From a virus (taxonomy: Duplodnaviria > Caudoviricetes), in IMG/VR virus record IMGVR_UViG_3300048598_000511, positions 1 through 51,212 of that record: a DNA stretch of 51,212 bases. The stretch is one strand, 5' to 3'. The notes under the pieces are model-generated. The model searched no databases and was not told where the DNA came from. It saw nothing but the letters and a program-made list of their open reading frames with translations. Positions within the stretch are counted from its first letter, which is position 1. Every line of letters starts with the position of its first letter. The position numbers and the translations under genes are program-made. Shown in pieces: positions 25,131 to 33,611 of this stretch.

Positions 25131-26552
25131 GTGGATCCCGTTGCGGAGGCTCAGCGTTGGACTGGGCGCCTCGCCCGCCTGCTCGACGATCGTCGGCCCG
25201 ACATCGACCGGCGCCTCGACTACTACCGGGGCACCTCGGGGCTACTGCGGTTCGCGTCGAAAGAGTTCGGGCAGTTCAACTCGAAGCGCTACCAGGGCTT
25301 CGCCGACAACTGGTGCGCCCCCGTGGTGCAGCCGACCGCCGAGCGCATGGTTCATCAGGGCATCATCCTGCCCGGCGAGCGATCCATAGATCCTGACGCT
25401 CAGCGGGCGTGGATGGGTTCGGACTGTGACCGCGGGTCGTCGGAGGCGTACGTCGTCTTCTCGGCTGCCGCGGTCGCTTACGCGCTCGTGCACCCGGGTG
25501 ACGAGCCGAGGGTCACGTGGGAGCATCCAGGTCAGGCGATCGTCGACACCGACCCAGTCACGGGTGAGCGGCGTCGAGGCCTCGTCTCATGGGTGGATGA
25601 CCGGTACGACTACGCCACCTTGTACGACAAGAAGACGGTGTGGAAGTGGCGGCGGCCGAACAACGACGCCGACACCCGCAAGCCGGCATTCCCGGCCCGA
25701 GTCGGCTTCGGCTGGTCGGCAGTGCCGGTCGAAGAGTCGGGCGACGACACGTGGCCGATCAAGAACCCCTTTGGGCTGGTGCCGCTGGTGGAGATGCGCA
25801 ACCAGTCACTGCTGGACGACCGCCCGATCAGCGACATTGATGGCGTGATGGCCATGCAGGACGCCATCAACCTCGTCTGGGCCTACCTGCTGAACGCGCT
25901 GGACTACGCGTCACTGCCGCAGCGCATCGTGACTGGCGCCGATGTCCCGGTCCTGCCGGTGCTGGACAGCGACGGGAAGGTGGTCGGCTCGAAGCCGGTA
26001 GACCTGAACGACCTGATCCAGGAGCGCATCCTGTGGCTCCAGAGCAAGGACGCGAAGACTTCGGAATGGTCTGCGGCACGGCTAGACGTGTTCTCGGATG
26101 TCATCGAGCGCGCCGTGGAGCATGTGGCTGCGCAGACCCGCACCCCGCCGCACTACCTGGTCGCGAAGATGGTCAACACGTCCGGCGATGCCCTGGTCGT
26201 CGCAGAGGCCGGGCTGGTGTCGAAGGTGCGGGAGCGGATCACCTACGTGACCGCGCCGCATCGTTCGCTGTACGAGCTGATCTTCCTCGGCCTCAACCAG
26301 CCTGAGAAGGCTCGCGGTGCACGCTACGGGCAACTGAAGTGGTCTGATCCGCAGTACCGCTCGGACGCCCAGCGGGCCGACGCGTTGCTGAAGAAGCGCC
26401 AGATGGGCTATCCGTTCGAGTACATCCTCGAACTCGACGGGCTGGAGCCGGACGAGGTCGCGCGCGTGATGGCGATGAGGCGGGCCGAGGCCTCCGACCC
26501 GACCATGCAGGCGCTGATGGACAAGCTCGATGGCGCTGCAGTCGGCGGCTGA
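25131..26552 (+). CDS. Portal protein (SPP1 gp6-like)
   Basis: YYRG, NWC..VV, NPFGLVPLV, QDAIN, W.DP; follows terL. Confidence 0.9.
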   Translation: MDPVAEAQRWTGRLARLLDDRRPDIDRRLDYYRGTSGLLRFASKEFGQFNSKRYQGFADNWCAPVVQPTAERMVHQGIILPGERSIDPDAQRAWMGSDCDRGSSEAYVVFSAAAVAYALVHPGDEPRVTWEHPGQAIVDTDPVTGERRRGLVSWVDDRYDYATLYDKKTVWKWRRPNNDADTRKPAFPARVGFGWSAVPVEESGDDTWPIKNPFGLVPLVEMRNQSLLDDRPISDIDGVMAMQDAINLVWAYLLNALDYASLPQRIVTGADVPVLPVLDSDGKVVGSKPVDLNDLIQERILWLQSKDAKTSEWSAARLDVFSDVIERAVEHVAAQTRTPPHYLVAKMVNTSGDALVVAEAGLVSKVRERITYVTAPHRSLYELIFLGLNQPEKARGARYGQLKWSDPQYRSDAQRADALLKKRQMGYPFEYILELDGLEPDEVARVMAMRRAEASDPTMQALMDKLDGAAVGG

Positions 26553-27561
26553 CTTCTACGACGCGCAGCAACGCCGCATCCTCCTGACCCTCAATGCGAC
26601 CCGCGGCGAGTGGTCGAAACTGTCGAAGCCGAGCGACTTCGACCAGATCCTCAAACGGATCTACGCCCTGATCGTCACCGCCCAACTCGGGGCCGCGAAG
26701 GACGCCGCCACCTACGTCCCTGCAGCCCTGGAGGAACAGGGCGCCCCGAGCAAGACTCCACTGCGGGTAGCCCCCGCCGCCTTCGCCGGCTGGGGCTACA
26801 GCACCACCAACCCGGGGCTGGCCCGGCCGCTGAACTCGCTGCTCGGGATCGTGCCGTCAATGGCAACCGGGAGCGACCTCGCCACCCAGATGGCCGCTGG
26901 CGGCACTTTCCTGGACCTGCTCGCCAAGACCCAGATCATCGAAGCGGGCCGGATGGCCACCAGCACCGGAATCAGCATCCGGCCGTCCGCAGGCTGGGTG
27001 CGGCAGGTCCGGCCGCCGTGCTGCCAGAACTGCGCGGTGCTGGCCGGCAAGTGGTTCCGCCGCAACACCGGCTTCCAACGCCACCATGGCTGCGACTGCA
27101 TCCACGTACCCGCCCACGGCAGGGACGTGCCGGAGGGCTACACCGACACGATCGCGCCCGACCAGATCCACGACCTGACCGAAGCCCAACAGCAAGCGAT
27201 CGCCGCTGGCGCCGACATGAACCAGGTCATCAACGCCTACCGGGACGCGACCCCGTCGATGCGAGCCCAGATGTTCACGACCGGTGAGGGTTCGACACGG
27301 AGGGGCTACGCCTCCTACATCCGGCGAGCCATCGACCAGCAGCAGGGCATCACGACCGCTGAGACCGCGACGGCCGTCGGGAAGCGTGGCGCGGTGAAGA
27401 ACTACACCGTCCGCAGGCTTGCCCAGCGACGGCTCACACCCGAAGGCATCTACACGATCGCGCGGAACGACCGCGAAGTGCTCACCCTGCTGCGAGCGAA
27501 CGGCTACGTGGTCGGCGACATCCGCCAGATCGCTGAGCAGGTCGCAGCACTCACACCTTGA
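26530..27561 (+). CDS. Minor capsid / head morphogenesis protein (MuF-like)
   Basis: C..CAVLAG...FQRH.GCDC, GADMNQVINA, RLTPE.IY. Confidence 0.8.
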   Translation: MALQSAADFYDAQQRRILLTLNATRGEWSKLSKPSDFDQILKRIYALIVTAQLGAAKDAATYVPAALEEQGAPSKTPLRVAPAAFAGWGYSTTNPGLARPLNSLLGIVPSMATGSDLATQMAAGGTFLDLLAKTQIIEAGRMATSTGISIRPSAGWVRQVRPPCCQNCAVLAGKWFRRNTGFQRHHGCDCIHVPAHGRDVPEGYTDTIAPDQIHDLTEAQQQAIAAGADMNQVINAYRDATPSMRAQMFTTGEGSTRRGYASYIRRAIDQQQGITTAETATAVGKRGAVKNYTVRRLAQRRLTPEGIYTIARNDREVLTLLRANGYVVGDIRQIAEQVAALTP

Positions 27562-27564
27562 TCC

Positions 27565-27605
27565 ACCCGTCGCCGCAAGGGCGCCGGGTTACTCCGCACG
27601 GGAGG
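27565..27605 (+). promoter_or_regulatory. Twin hairpins upstream of scaffold gene, second one covering the SD
   Basis: ACCCG-T-CGCC(GCAAG)GGCG-C-CGGGT and CTCC(GCACG)GGAG. Confidence 0.45.
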
Positions 27606-27612
27606 AAGCCGC

Positions 27613-28323
27613 ATGTCCGAGGATCACGCCACACTGGCCGAGATCATCGCAATCCACAAGTCCCTCTTCGGCGGCTGGAAGATGATGGCCGACGAGCAGG
27701 GCGAGGCATCCGAGGATGCCGACGAGGCCGAGACGGACGATGCCGTCGAGTCGACTGGCGACAACGACGACGAGGCCGACCCCGAGGGTGCTGATGCCCT
27801 CGGCGACCCGGGCAAGAAGGCGCTCGACGCCATGAAGGCCCGAATGAGGAACGAGCAGGCCAAGCGCCGCATCGCCGAACAGAAGGCGAAGGACGCGCAG
27901 GATGCGCTCGCCAAGGCTCAGGGTGAGGACGAGGCTGCGGCGCAACGCCGCAAGGTCGAGTCCGACGCGCTCGCCAAGGCGAACCAGCGCATCGTGAAGG
28001 CCGAGGTGCGGGCTGCCGCGAAGGGCGTGCTCGCCGATCCGGAGGACGCGCTGGTCTTCCTGAACCTCGACAGCATCGAGGTTGGGGAAGACGGCGACGT
28101 CGACGCCGATGACATCGCGCAGCAGGTCGCCGACCTGGTCGCGAAGAGGCCCTATCTGGCCGCGCAACGCGACCCGGGCAAGGGCACATTCGATTCTGGG
28201 CGCGGCAAGGCGTCACAGAAGAGGGCAATCCTCACCGAGGCCGAGTACAACGCGCTGCCGTCCGCTGAACGCAGGCAGGCCCGCAAGGACGGCCGAGTCA
28301 ACAAGCTCCTGGGCATCTCCTGA
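27613..28323 (+). CDS. Capsid scaffolding protein
   Basis: Acidic N-terminus, LGDPGKKALDAMK coiled coil, KRPYLA; precedes capsid. Confidence 0.85.
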   Translation: MSEDHATLAEIIAIHKSLFGGWKMMADEQGEASEDADEAETDDAVESTGDNDDEADPEGADALGDPGKKALDAMKARMRNEQAKRRIAEQKAKDAQDALAKAQGEDEAAAQRRKVESDALAKANQRIVKAEVRAAAKGVLADPEDALVFLNLDSIEVGEDGDVDADDIAQQVADLVAKRPYLAAQRDPGKGTFDSGRGKASQKRAILTEAEYNALPSAERRQARKDGRVNKLLGIS

Positions 28324-28359
28324 CGCCCTTCCCCACGTCCCGGAAAGGACACAACCATC

Positions 28360-29460
28360 ATGGGTACCACCAACTTCATTCCCCAGATCTGGGCCGACAC
28401 GGTCGAGGACCGCTGGGTTGACCGCGCCGTCGGCGCCAACCTGGTCAACCGCGACCACGAGGGCCAGGCCGCCAAGGGCAACACGGTCAAGCTGACCGCC
28501 ATCCTCACCCCCGAGGTGAAGGACTACAAGGCGGCCGGCCGGACGATCAACCCCGACGCCATTTCCGACGCCAACGTCGACCTGGCGATCGACCAGGAGA
28601 AGGCCTTCTCCTTCTATGTCGACGACATCGACAAGGCGCAGGCTGCGGGCAACCTCGACGTGTACGCCGAGGCGGCAGGTGACGCACTGGTCACCGACTC
28701 CAACCAGGCGCTCTTCCAGACGATGGCCTCGCAGGGGACCGTGCTGTCCGGATCCGCACCGACCGACGGCGACTCCGCCTTCAACCTCATCCGGGATGCC
28801 TGGAAGGCACTCACCAAGGCGAAGGCCCCGCAGGACGGACGGGTTGTGCTGTGCAACTCGGAGTTCGCCGGCTACCTGCTGGGCGCCAACTCGAAGCTCA
28901 CCGCGTTCAACACCTCTGGTGACGCCGCCGGCCTGCGGACCGCGACCATCGGGCAGCTCCTGAACTTCCGCACGGTCGTCTCCGATGACCTGCCGGAGAT
29001 CGAGGCGCCGGCATTCATCGCCTTCCACTCTCGCGCAGCGTCCTACGTGGGCCAGATCGCCGAGGTGGAGGCGCTGCGTGCGCAGAACAAGTTCGCCGAC
29101 ATCGTCCGCGGGCTCAACGTGTACGGCGCGAAGGTCACCAAGGCCAACGGCGTCTACGTGTTCAACATCACGCAGGCGACCATCCAGGGCACCCCGGCAG
29201 CCGAGAAGTGGACCTTCGCCATCACGGGCGGCCCGACCGGCGGCACGTTCACGCTGACGGTCGGCTCGACCGCCACGGCGAGCATCGCCTACAACGCCAC
29301 CAACTCCGACATCGCCGCCGCGCTGAACGCGCTCAACGGGGTGTCGGGCGCGAAGGTGTCCAGCGGTGTCATCACCTTCCAGACGGCCGTGAAGCTGACC
29401 GCCGCCTCGTCGCTGACCGGCGGCACCACGCCCACGGTCACCGTCACCGCGACCGCCTGA
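28360..29460 (+). CDS. Major capsid protein with C-terminal Ig-like extension
   Basis: FIPQIW, GNTVK, IDQEKAF.F.VDDID, VRGLNVYGAK; tail GGTFTLTV...IAYNAT. Confidence 0.9.
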   Translation: MGTTNFIPQIWADTVEDRWVDRAVGANLVNRDHEGQAAKGNTVKLTAILTPEVKDYKAAGRTINPDAISDANVDLAIDQEKAFSFYVDDIDKAQAAGNLDVYAEAAGDALVTDSNQALFQTMASQGTVLSGSAPTDGDSAFNLIRDAWKALTKAKAPQDGRVVLCNSEFAGYLLGANSKLTAFNTSGDAAGLRTATIGQLLNFRTVVSDDLPEIEAPAFIAFHSRAASYVGQIAEVEALRAQNKFADIVRGLNVYGAKVTKANGVYVFNITQATIQGTPAAEKWTFAITGGPTGGTFTLTVGSTATASIAYNATNSDIAAALNALNGVSGAKVSSGVITFQTAVKLTAASSLTGGTTPTVTVTATA

Positions 29461-29468
29461 CCAAGACC

Positions 29469-29509
29469 GGTAGGTGGGGATCGCGTTACCGCCGCGATCC
29501 CCACCTACC
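29469..29509 (+). terminator. 17-bp perfect hairpin after capsid gene (terminator or mRNA stabiliser)
   Basis: GGTAGGTGGGGATCGCG-N7-CGCGATCCCCACCTACC; no U-tract. Confidence 0.65.
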
Positions 29510-29542
29510 CGGTCGACCGACAGTCCCTGAGGGGGGTGGGCA

Positions 29543-30124
29543 ATGACCGCCACACTGGCTTCCGACGTAGACCTCAACAACCTGCGCATCGCAGTCGATG
29601 TGCCCATCTCCGTCAGGGGGGCGCTGCTCGAGTCGGCGTCGGCAGCGATCAGGGAGGCAGCGGGGTCGCAGATCAGCCGGGACTCGACCACCATCACGTT
29701 CGGGAGTGCCCCCGGCTACTGGCTCGCTATCCCGGTCACCCCTGTCGTGTCGGTGTCTGACGTGGCGATCGATGGGCAGTCGGTCACCGGGTGGCGCCTC
29801 GTCGATGGGCGGCTGTGGTTGTCCGAGGGTTGGCCGCATCCTCCGGCGGAGGTCACCATCTCGGTTACCTACGGCTACGACCCGGTGCCGGCCGACATCG
29901 TGAACCTGGCATGCATGCTCGTCGCGGCCGGGGCTGCTGCGTCCCGGACCAGCTTCGAAGGCCATCGAGGACTGGCGGGCGTCTCGGTGGACGACTACTC
30001 CGAGACCTATGTCAGCGGTGATGCCGCAGACACGGTGGACCCGATGGAGATCCCGGAACGCACCCGGCTGTGGCTACGCGCCCGCTTCGGCGGTGGCGCT
30101 GCGGTGGTGGGGGCGAGGCGGTGA
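29543..30124 (+). CDS. Head-tail adaptor
   Basis: ASAAIR, YGYDPVPADI, SVDDYSETY; position. Confidence 0.8.
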   Translation: MTATLASDVDLNNLRIAVDVPISVRGALLESASAAIREAAGSQISRDSTTITFGSAPGYWLAIPVTPVVSVSDVAIDGQSVTGWRLVDGRLWLSEGWPHPPAEVTISVTYGYDPVPADIVNLACMLVAAGAAASRTSFEGHRGLAGVSVDDYSETYVSGDAADTVDPMEIPERTRLWLRARFGGGAAVVGARR

Positions 30125-30513
30125 ACCCGTCCGGGGCGCTGGCGCGCGGCCGCGCCCAGGCCGAGTCGCTGATGCGCGCCGCCGTCACCATCACCCGTGT
30201 GTCTGGCACTGTGCGCGACACGGACGGCTACGACCAGCCTTCGACGACGCCGGTCTACACCGGGAAGGCGCGGATCGTGCGGGCCACCACCGCCCCGAAT
30301 CCGGTCGATGTGGCTGGCCAGACGCTGACGGTGGTCCGACCCCAGATCAATCTTCCGGTCGGCGCCTACACGATGCAGGTGGGTGATGTGGCCACGGTGA
30401 CCGCGAACCCCGACGACGTGTCGCTGGTCGGGCACCGCTACCGGCTGGCCGCTGAGGCTCCTGCCGGGTCGATGTCGGTCCAGTACAAGATCCCCGCCGA
30501 GGAGATCCTGTGA
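30121..30513 (+). CDS. Head-tail stopper (DUF6093-like)
   Basis: GRAQAESLM...VYTGKAR. Confidence 0.75.
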   Translation: MNPSGALARGRAQAESLMRAAVTITRVSGTVRDTDGYDQPSTTPVYTGKARIVRATTAPNPVDVAGQTLTVVRPQINLPVGAYTMQVGDVATVTANPDDVSLVGHRYRLAAEAPAGSMSVQYKIPAEEIL

Positions 30514-30902
30514 CCACCTCGGCATTCGACGCCTCCGAGCTGCGCCAGTTCGCTGACGACCTGGACAAGTCGGTGGTCGAGGTGGCTCGGGGCATCCGCG
30601 GCATCATGGCGAAGGCCGGGGTGAACATCAAGAGGCAGATGCGGGCCGAGATGGAGTCCTCGGAGCACTTCAAGGGTGCGGCACACCGAATCAGCTACGA
30701 CATCACCACCCCCAGCGACGACACGGCGATCGTCGAGGTCGGCCCGACGCACGGCGCCGGAGACCCGGGTTCGCTGGGCAACGTCGCCTACTTCGGCACC
30801 AGCCGGGGCGGCGGCACTGTCCCGGACCCGATGGGTGCGCTGGAGGCCGAGGCCGCGGTGACCGAGGCGTACTTCGCGAAGCTGCTCGGGGGTCTGCTGT
30901 GA
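30510..30902 (+). CDS. Neck protein (HK97 gp10-like)
   Basis: ISYD...EVGP...YFGTS; position. Confidence 0.7.
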   Translation: MTTSAFDASELRQFADDLDKSVVEVARGIRGIMAKAGVNIKRQMRAEMESSEHFKGAAHRISYDITTPSDDTAIVEVGPTHGAGDPGSLGNVAYFGTSRGGGTVPDPMGALEAEAAVTEAYFAKLLGGLL

Positions 30903-31294
30903 CCGAGATCATGGACGAACTCAAGGCGCTGCTGGAGGCCGCTGGCTTCGCGGTGCATCTGGTGAGCGTCCCTGACGGGGCGACCTACCCGTACGTGCTG
31001 GTGTGGTGCACCCCGGGCCAGCCGGGTATCGAGCCGGGCATCGTCACCGACTCTGACCTGTCGGACCTGATTGGGGTCACGATGGTGCACACGACCCCGC
31101 GGAATGCCCTGGTGCTGACCGGGAAGGTGCGCGCCGCGATACCTGCTCATCTCGTGGTGGGCGGTCAGCTCGTGTGGCTGAGCCGGTCGGCCTCTCAGGC
31201 AGTGCAGCCCGACCGGGACGTGACCCTGCCCACCACGAACGCGCATCCGTTCTTCGCGGTCGACCGCTACCAGCTGGTCGCGACCGCCGCCTGA
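30899..31294 (+). CDS. Tail terminator protein
   Basis: YPYVLV...DRD; precedes tail tube. Confidence 0.7.
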   Translation: MTEIMDELKALLEAAGFAVHLVSVPDGATYPYVLVWCTPGQPGIEPGIVTDSDLSDLIGVTMVHTTPRNALVLTGKVRAAIPAHLVVGGQLVWLSRSASQAVQPDRDVTLPTTNAHPFFAVDRYQLVATAA

Positions 31295-31356
31295 CCCGTC
31301 CCGTAAGCCCAGCCCGTCATCCCGGCGGGTTGTTCGTCGTGCCCAAGGAGCCCCGC

Positions 31357-31542
31357 ATGCCGAAGAAGCCCGACCCGGTAGAGCCCGGGTTCGCACCCAT
31401 CGAGGTCGAGTCGTTCGTCGACGAGACCTTCATCCCGATCGAGGTCGTCCCGTACGAGGCGGCCCTACCCGTGACCCCGGCCGAGACGCCCGTCCCGACC
31501 ATCGCCCCGTCGGCCGGTGCGGCCGAGATCAAGGAGAAGTGA
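31357..31542 (+). CDS. Small acidic/Pro-rich protein
   Basis: SD AAGGAG. Confidence 0.5.
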   Translation: MPKKPDPVEPGFAPIEVESFVDETFIPIEVVPYEAALPVTPAETPVPTIAPSAGAAEIKEK

Positions 31543-31543
31543 G

Positions 31544-32053
31544 ATGGCTCGCATCGTCGACCTGAACGTCACCGGCTACTGGTTCGTGCCGGGTGTGGCC
31601 GGACTGACCACGCCGGCCGGCCCGAAGATCACCGAACTGTCGGCCGGCACGGTGAAGGCCCTGTCGCCGTACGTGGTGACCACCACCAGCATCAACCCGA
31701 CCGACTCCGACACCGTCAGCGAGAAGGGCATCACCGACACCACGAACGCCGTGGTGCTGACCATCGGCAACTTCGACGGCTCCCTCGTCCTGTTCCGGGA
31801 CTACACCTCCGGCGCGCCGTCCGCGAACGACCCGATGACCATCTTCACCAGCTCCGGCGTCGTCGGCTGGATTGTGCGTCGGCTCGGCAAGCCTGCAGCC
31901 ACTGCTCTCGCAGTGGGCGACAAGGTCGACGTCTTCCTGGTGATGAGCGACAACCCGCAGCAGACGGGCGGCCAGTCGGACGGCTACCTCAAGATGACCG
32001 TCCCGCTGAAGCAGCAGGGCCAGATGTTCCTCGGCGCCACCTGCGTCGCCTGA
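31544..32053 (+). CDS. Major tail (tube) protein
   Basis: P.ITEL.AG, GWIVRRLGK, GDKVDVF; upstream of chaperone. Confidence 0.82.
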   Translation: MARIVDLNVTGYWFVPGVAGLTTPAGPKITELSAGTVKALSPYVVTTTSINPTDSDTVSEKGITDTTNAVVLTIGNFDGSLVLFRDYTSGAPSANDPMTIFTSSGVVGWIVRRLGKPAATALAVGDKVDVFLVMSDNPQQTGGQSDGYLKMTVPLKQQGQMFLGATCVA

Positions 32054-32111
32054 CCCTCCCTCCTGAACCCCGGTGGGGGTTGCGCTACACGGGTCGCGCC
32101 CCCACCGGTCA

Positions 32112-32165
32112 ACCCGTGCCCACCCGTGACCCGTGACCCGTGACCCGTGAAAGGACCTACCCGTG
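32112..32165 (+). repeat. ACCCGTG heptamer x6 before the chaperone start
   Basis: Copies at 32112, 32122, 32129, 32136, 32143, 32159 (last includes the GTG start). Confidence 0.85.
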
Positions 32166-32888
32166 ACCGAAGACCGCGACTCCATCACCGCCGACCAGTT
32201 CGACGAATGGCTGGCCGGCGCCAGCCTCGCCCACACCTCCGTCGAAATCCTGCAGAACCCGGGGCTGCTCGGTGAATGGGAAGACCTTGAGCGGCGGCAT
32301 GCCCGCGCCAAGGCCATCGCCCAGGCTGAGGGCGGCATCACCGACGGCGACCCGCTTGGCGAACTCGAAGCTGAGGCCGAGTCGCTGCTGGAGCGCATCG
32401 AGGCGTCCCGGACCACCTTCCACCTCCGGGCGCTCACCCCCGAAGACAACGCAGCGATTCTTGCCGCCCACCCGGTGAAGCCGGGCCCGCGATTCGCCGG
32501 CAAGATCCCCTCGATTCAGCCGAACCACACCGAAACGCAGGCGAAAGCCTTCCTCGGCATGTACGCCTCGTACGAGGCGCAGCTGAACCGGTGGAAGGAA
32601 GAGAACGCCGAGGAGATCGACGCCCACGAGAAGGACATGATGGATGCCCTCCTGCGGCAGGGCGCCGAGAAGGTGTCCAGGTCCGTGGTTCGCATCGAGC
32701 AGGGCGGTCGCACGATCTCCACCCATCTCAGCGCCGATCAGGTGATCGCGCTGGAGAAGCGCATCGGCCAGCCCCAGATCAGCGCCATCATCGCCGCCAT
32801 CAACACAGTCTCGGAGACGGCCCCCGAGGTGCCGACCGGTTTTTTGTCCCGCACCTCCGGGAGCGACCCGGCCTCGTCCGCTGGCTGA
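32163..32888 (+). CDS. Tail assembly chaperone (gpG-like)
   Basis: Between tail tube and tape measure; slippery site near the 3' end. Confidence 0.8.
   Translation: MTEDRDSITADQFDEWLAGASLAHTSVEILQNPGLLGEWEDLERRHARAKAIAQAEGGITDGDPLGELEAEAESLLERIEASRTTFHLRALTPEDNAAILAAHPVKPGPRFAGKIPSIQPNHTETQAKAFLGMYASYEAQLNRWKEENAEEIDAHEKDMMDALLRQGAEKVSRSVVRIEQGGRTISTHLSADQVIALEKRIGQPQISAIIAAINTVSETAPEVPTGFLSRTSGSDPASSAG
32838..32846 (+). other. Programmed -1 frameshift site GGTTTTTTG
   Basis: -1 frame stays open to 33277 (ARAWGVPPS...WDRRDRILALA). Confidence 0.8.
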
Positions 32889-33277
32889 AGACCGCCCGCG
32901 CGTGGGGCGTCCCACCCTCCCAGATGGACCAGTGGGATCGCCGCGACCGCATCCTCGCCCTCGCGCTCACCGAGATGGAGGACACCACCACCCGCTTCGG
33001 GAACCCGGCCGACGTGGCGCTCGACGAGATGCACGAGGGCGAGTTCGAGGTACGCACGGTCATCGACCTGGAGCAGGCGGCGCTCGACGAGTGGCAGCGG
33101 ACGAACACAAAGCCGGGCGACGGGGTCAGGCCCTACGTGGCGTGGATCGGATCAGGAGCCAATCTTCAGGTCGATGACCTCTCGAAGCTGCTCCCGGGTG
33201 AACTGGACTCGCCCCCGGTGAGAGATCTCGACGGAATAGATCGCACTGCCCTCGGGGACTCCCGCCACGTCGAATGA
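32846..33277 (+). CDS. Frameshift extension of chaperone (gpT-like part)
   Basis: Open -1 frame with no own SD/start. Confidence 0.7.
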   Translation, partial: VPHLRERPGLVRWLKTARAWGVPPSQMDQWDRRDRILALALTEMEDTTTRFGNPADVALDEMHEGEFEVRTVIDLEQAALDEWQRTNTKPGDGVRPYVAWIGSGANLQVDDLSKLLPGELDSPPVRDLDGIDRTALGDSRHVE

Positions 33278-33580
33278 GAAGTAGCACCGATTGGTCCGCT
33301 CCCCAACGTGTGCCGCGGGGGCCGCGATCCCAAGGGTGCCGAGCGCCACGGCTTTACCAGCCGAGTCGTACACCGTCACCTGAGTCCCGCTGCGAATGTC
33401 CGCATAGCCTCCGCCACTCAAGGGGCAGGAATCGGCGGATCGAACCGCCTCGTATTGCCCGGAGTTCAGCTGAAGGGTTCCGCCGACGCTGAATGTCCCG
33501 CCCCCGCAGCCTGCGGTCAGTAGCAGCAGGGCCGGAATGGCTGCCCTCTGAATCACCACTCGCACCCCTTCACGTCCCAT
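33152..33580 (-). CDS. Antisense-oriented lipoprotein (moron-like)
   Basis: Lipobox LTAGC; GGYADI..GTQVTV.D...C.F.F....VP....YSVEISHRG; true start probably GTG near 33556-33559. Confidence 0.75.
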   Translation of the reverse strand: MGREGVRVVIQRAAIPALLLLTAGCGGGTFSVGGTLQLNSGQYEAVRSADSCPLSGGGYADIRSGTQVTVYDSAGKAVALGTLGIAAPAAHVGERTNRCYFSFDVAGVPEGSAIYSVEISHRGRVQFTREQLREVIDLKIGS

Positions 33581-33611
33581 TCCTCAAGCATGCCTGAACG
33601 GAGGCGGAACC

